This document shows, piece by piece, positions 33,000-35,994 of a DNA stretch of 35,994 bases. The DNA comes from Chthoniobacterales bacterium. Lineage in GTDB: Bacteria > Verrucomicrobiota > Verrucomicrobiia > Chthoniobacterales > JAATET01. The notes below the pieces were generated by a model. The model was not told where the DNA came from and did not search any database. It saw nothing but the letters and a program-made list of their open reading frames with translations. The stretch spans positions 1 to 35,994 of the forward strand of contig JBGSMR010000369.1 in the NCBI GenBank assembly GCA_041740065.1, in the 5' to 3' direction. The position numbers and the translations under genes were made by a program. Each line of letters starts with the position of its first letter. The stretch's first letter is position 1.

Positions 33000-35994
33000 T
33001 TAATTTTTCGGGTTTAATCGGAAAAACGTCGAGTAGAGGACAGGGACAACGATCAGCGTAAGCGCCGAAGCAAAAAGCAAGCCGACTACAATGGTCACCG
33101 CCATCGCTCCGAAGAAAACGTCAAAGAGCAACGGGATTAGTCCGAGGACCGTCGTCAGCACAGCCATCGAAACGGGCCGCACACGGCTCACGGCTGCATC
33201 CACAACAGCATCCCATGCGATTTTTCCTGACGCGAGTTGTGCATTAATTTCGTCCACCAAGACAATCCCGTTTTTGATCACCATGCCCGACAGGCTCAGC
33301 GCTCCAAGCAACGCCATAAATCCGAATGGCTGATCAAATAGAAGCAACCCAAAGACGATTCCTATGATCGATAACGGCACGGTGAGCCAAATGAGAAGCG
33401 TGATTCGCAACGAATTAAACAAGCAGATCACAGTGAGAACCATCAGGAAGACAAAGACAGGCAAAGTCCCTGCCAGCGCGGCCTGAGCATTACTGGAATC
33501 TTCATGCTCGCCACCCCATTCCATGAAATACCCCGACGGCAATGGGATCGCTTCAATCTCTGACCGGATCCGCGCGTGCAACGTGCTTGCGAGGCCTGAG
33601 GTTTGGTCCGCGTGGACGATGATCGTGGGCAGGCGGTTGCGTCGCATCACGATCGGGTCCTCTAACGCCATTGAAAAGCCGGACACCACTTGCCGGACCG
33701 GGATAAATCGCCCGGCGACCGGGCTGAAAATCTGGACATCCCGAATCGAGTCCGGATCTGCCCGCTCCGCTTCCGGCCCGCGCGCCATAATCGGGAGTAG
33801 TTCGTCGCCTTCCCGATAAATCCCTATCCGACGTCCGCTGAAAGCCGCTTGCAGTGTCTGACTCAAATCCGTGCGGGTGATTCCGGTCAACCGCGCTTGC
33901 GCTTCGGAAAACTCCGGCCGGAGCACGGGAACCTGCTCTCTGGCGTCGATTCGGATGCCTTTGGCACCACCGTGTGCACGGAAGATCGCCATCGCTTGAT
34001 CCGCAATTCCTCGCAACGTCTCGAAGTCTTCTCCCGAAAACCGAACTTGCACACGCCCACCCTCGCCGGGTCCTAGCAGAAACCGCTTAGCAATAATTCC
34101 GGCGTCCGGGAAATTCTCGCTCAACGTGGATTGCACTTCTGGGAGGATTTGATCGATTAACGTATGGTCCTCCACATCAATGAGAAATTGCGCATAGGAT
34201 GGATCTGCGCGTTCGGGCGAGTAGGTGAGCAGAAACCGCAGGGCTCCTTGTCCGACCGATGTCGTGACATGGGTAATGCCGGGAATCGATGCGATCTTTT
34301 CTCGCATTAGCGCTGTTTGCCGATCTGTCTCGTCGAGGCGCGTGCCTACCGGCAACCAAATATCGACCATGAATTGATCCCGGGTCGAATCCGGAAAAAA
34401 GCTATTCTCGAGAAATCGGAACGCAAACACCGCAACCAGCATCATGCCAACCAGCACCGAAATCGTTATCCACCGCGCCTTCATGCACCGCACCAGGATG
34501 CCCCGATACGTCCTGTAGATCGTTCCGCCATAAGGATCTTTTTGTTCCTCTTCTCCCTCCGATGGCGCCGCTTTCAAAAACAGGTAGCCGAACAACGGAG
34601 TGATGGTGACCGCAGTAATCCAACTTAGCCCAAGCGAAATCAAGAGCACAACAAACAGCGACCGGCAGTATTCTCCGGTGCTATCATCCGAGAGACCGAT
34701 TGCGCCAAAGGCCAGGATCGCAATCGCCGTGGATCCGAGCAGCGGGATGGCCGTCTGCGAAACGATATCTTTTGCGGCCTGCATCTTGTTTTTGCCGCGC
34801 TGCATCGCGATCAACATACCCTCCACGATAACAATGGCATTATCGACCAGCATCACGAGTGCGATGATGAGTGCCCCGAGCGAGATCCGTTCGAGTATCA
34901 GGCCGGTCTCTTTCATCACGACCATTGTTCCGCACATCGTAATCATGAGAATGGCGCCAATGATCAATCCGCTCCGCAGTCCCATGGCAAGCAGCAGCAC
35001 GACAAAAACAATCACCACGGCCATCCCGAGGTTGACGACAAATTCATTGATTGCCTCGACCACGGTGTCTCCCTGGAATGAGACCTTGTTGAGTTGCATT
35101 CCGAGTGGAATACTGGACCCGAGATCTCGAATCCTCCGCTGCACCGCGTCGCCCATGGTCACGACATTTCCTCCACTCACTGTCGAGATGCCAATCCCGA
35201 TAGCCCGCATCCCATCGTATCGCAGCGACGTTGTCGGAGGGTCGACGTAGTCTCGCCGCACGGTCGCGATGTCACGGAGGTAGATCAGTTCCCCGCTAGG
35301 ACCTCCGCTGCTGATAAGCAAGTTTTCAAAATCCTCCACCCCGGTCCATTCGCCGGTGGGATTGATGGTGATAGCCAGCGGGCCTGCATCAACTGCCCCC
35401 GCAGGCGCTACCAAATTCTGCTCCCGGAGCAGTTGAAATACTTGCTCTGGATGAATTCCGAGTTGCGCGATGCGATCCCGGGCAAGCTCGATAAAAATGA
35501 CCTCTTGCTGAACGCCAAATAGATCGACCCGCTTTACATCAGGCACGAGCAGTAGCTCCCGCCGTAGCATTTTTGCCGTGTCGTAAATCTGCGCGTCCGA
35601 AAACTCGGGTCCCGTCAATGCAAAGAAAATCCCGAACACATCCCCGAAATCATCAAATACCACAGACGGCCCGGCCCCCGGCGGTAAGCTGCGCTGGGCA
35701 TCGCTCACTTTTCTTCGCAGTTCGTCCCAGACCTGGGGCAGCGAATTCGCGTCAAATTGATCGCGAATGGTCACGGTCACAGTGCTGCGTCCACGTTCCG
35801 ATCGGGAGACCACGCGCTCTAATTGCTCCAATTGCTGGGCAGCAAGCTCGATGACGTCTGTGACTTCGTCGGCCACCTCCTGCGCCGATGCACCCGGATA
35901 GGCCGTGACGATCAGGGCATCTTTAATTGTGAATTCAGGATCTTCGAGCCTTGGGAGGTTTGTGTAGGACCACACCCCGAGTACCACCATGAGG
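33000..35994 (-). CDS. efflux RND transporter permease subunit (AcrB/HAE-type), N-terminal ~20 aa outside window
   Basis: ORF open to the right edge, stop at 33000. A 12-TM RND pattern with two large periplasmic loops. TM4 region LGALIIALVMLVDNAIVIVE and pseudo-repeat TM10 LSLSGMVIKNGIVLVDEI. Confidence 0.9.
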   Translation of the reverse strand, partial: LMVVLGVWSYTNLPRLEDPEFTIKDALIVTAYPGASAQEVADEVTDVIELAAQQLEQLERVVSRSERGRSTVTVTIRDQFDANSLPQVWDELRRKVSDAQRSLPPGAGPSVVFDDFGDVFGIFFALTGPEFSDAQIYDTAKMLRRELLLVPDVKRVDLFGVQQEVIFIELARDRIAQLGIHPEQVFQLLREQNLVAPAGAVDAGPLAITINPTGEWTGVEDFENLLISSGGPSGELIYLRDIATVRRDYVDPPTTSLRYDGMRAIGIGISTVSGGNVVTMGDAVQRRIRDLGSSIPLGMQLNKVSFQGDTVVEAINEFVVNLGMAVVIVFVVLLLAMGLRSGLIIGAILMITMCGTMVVMKETGLILERISLGALIIALVMLVDNAIVIVEGMLIAMQRGKNKMQAAKDIVSQTAIPLLGSTAIAILAFGAIGLSDDSTGEYCRSLFVVLLISLGLSWITAVTITPLFGYLFLKAAPSEGEEEQKDPYGGTIYRTYRGILVRCMKARWITISVLVGMMLVAVFAFRFLENSFFPDSTRDQFMVDIWLPVGTRLDETDRQTALMREKIASIPGITHVTTSVGQGALRFLLTYSPERADPSYAQFLIDVEDHTLIDQILPEVQSTLSENFPDAGIIAKRFLLGPGEGGRVQVRFSGEDFETLRGIADQAMAIFRAHGGAKGIRIDAREQVPVLRPEFSEAQARLTGITRTDLSQTLQAAFSGRRIGIYREGDELLPIMARGPEAERADPDSIRDVQIFSPVAGRFIPVRQVVSGFSMALEDPIVMRRNRLPTIIVHADQTSGLASTLHARIRSEIEAIPLPSGYFMEWGGEHEDSSNAQAALAGTLPVFVFLMVLTVICLFNSLRITLLIWLTVPLSIIGIVFGLLLFDQPFGFMALLGALSLSGMVIKNGIVLVDEINAQLASGKIAWDAVVDAAVSRVRPVSMAVLTTVLGLIPLLFDVFFGAMAVTIVVGLLFASALTLIVVPVLYSTFFRLNPKN

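Noticed and set aside
1-35994. Looked for CRISPR arrays, IS elements or transposases, prophage genes, toxin-antitoxin pairs, NTPase/nuclease defence modules and rRNA/tRNA genes
   Set aside because: No regularly spaced repeats, no terminal inverted repeats flanking a transposase-like ORF, and no defence-type domain combinations were recognisable. The only recombinase is a full-length XerD in a purC-xerD-lexA housekeeping context. The TPR proteins lack any attached NTPase or effector domain.

Overview
Gene-dense chromosomal segment with about 30 CDS on both strands and many short or overlapping junctions. It comes from a moderately GC-rich Gram-negative bacterium. The mix of lipoprotein glycosidases, several TPR proteins, a LAB_N membrane protein and a GH63-like hydrolase suggests a PVC/Verrucomicrobiota-like organism, but that is inference only. 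Content is mostly housekeeping or metabolic. Left to right: partial Gfo/Idh/MocA oxidoreductase; saccharopine-dehydrogenase-family protein; SEDS protein RodA; secreted EEP phosphoesterase; dihydropyrimidinase; YkgJ Cys-cluster protein; VOC protein; a J-domain protein translationally coupled to a HAD-IB phosphatase and an sn-glycerol-1-phosphate dehydrogenase homologue; lipoprotein GH1 glycosidase; purC-xerD-lexA; bicupin; aldose-1-epimerase-family protein; two convergent TPR proteins; GH63-like hydrolase; a 900-aa fusion of a ligase-associated MBL/beta-CASP exonuclease to an ATP-dependent DNA ligase; SLC13/TrkA-C transporter; mnmE; LAB_N protein; TPR-like membrane protein; cysK; pterin-4a-carbinolamine dehydratase; lipoprotein acetolactate decarboxylase; transaldolase; LTxxQ-repeat secreted protein; partial RND permease. 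I saw no rRNA or tRNA genes, CRISPR arrays, transposases, phage genes or a recognisable defence island. The best candidates for something new are: (i) the exonuclease-ligase fusion; (ii) the VOC/J-domain/HAD/G1PDH string; (iii) a cluster of TCGTG/CACGA dyads abutting the lexA start where no SOS box I know is visible; (iv) a promoter + SD + 14-codon mini-ORF in a convergent intergenic gap. All calls come from reading motifs by eye, and no searches or computations were run. The ORF track uses ATG/GTG/TTG longest ORFs, so several starts were moved to internal ATGs and remain uncertain.
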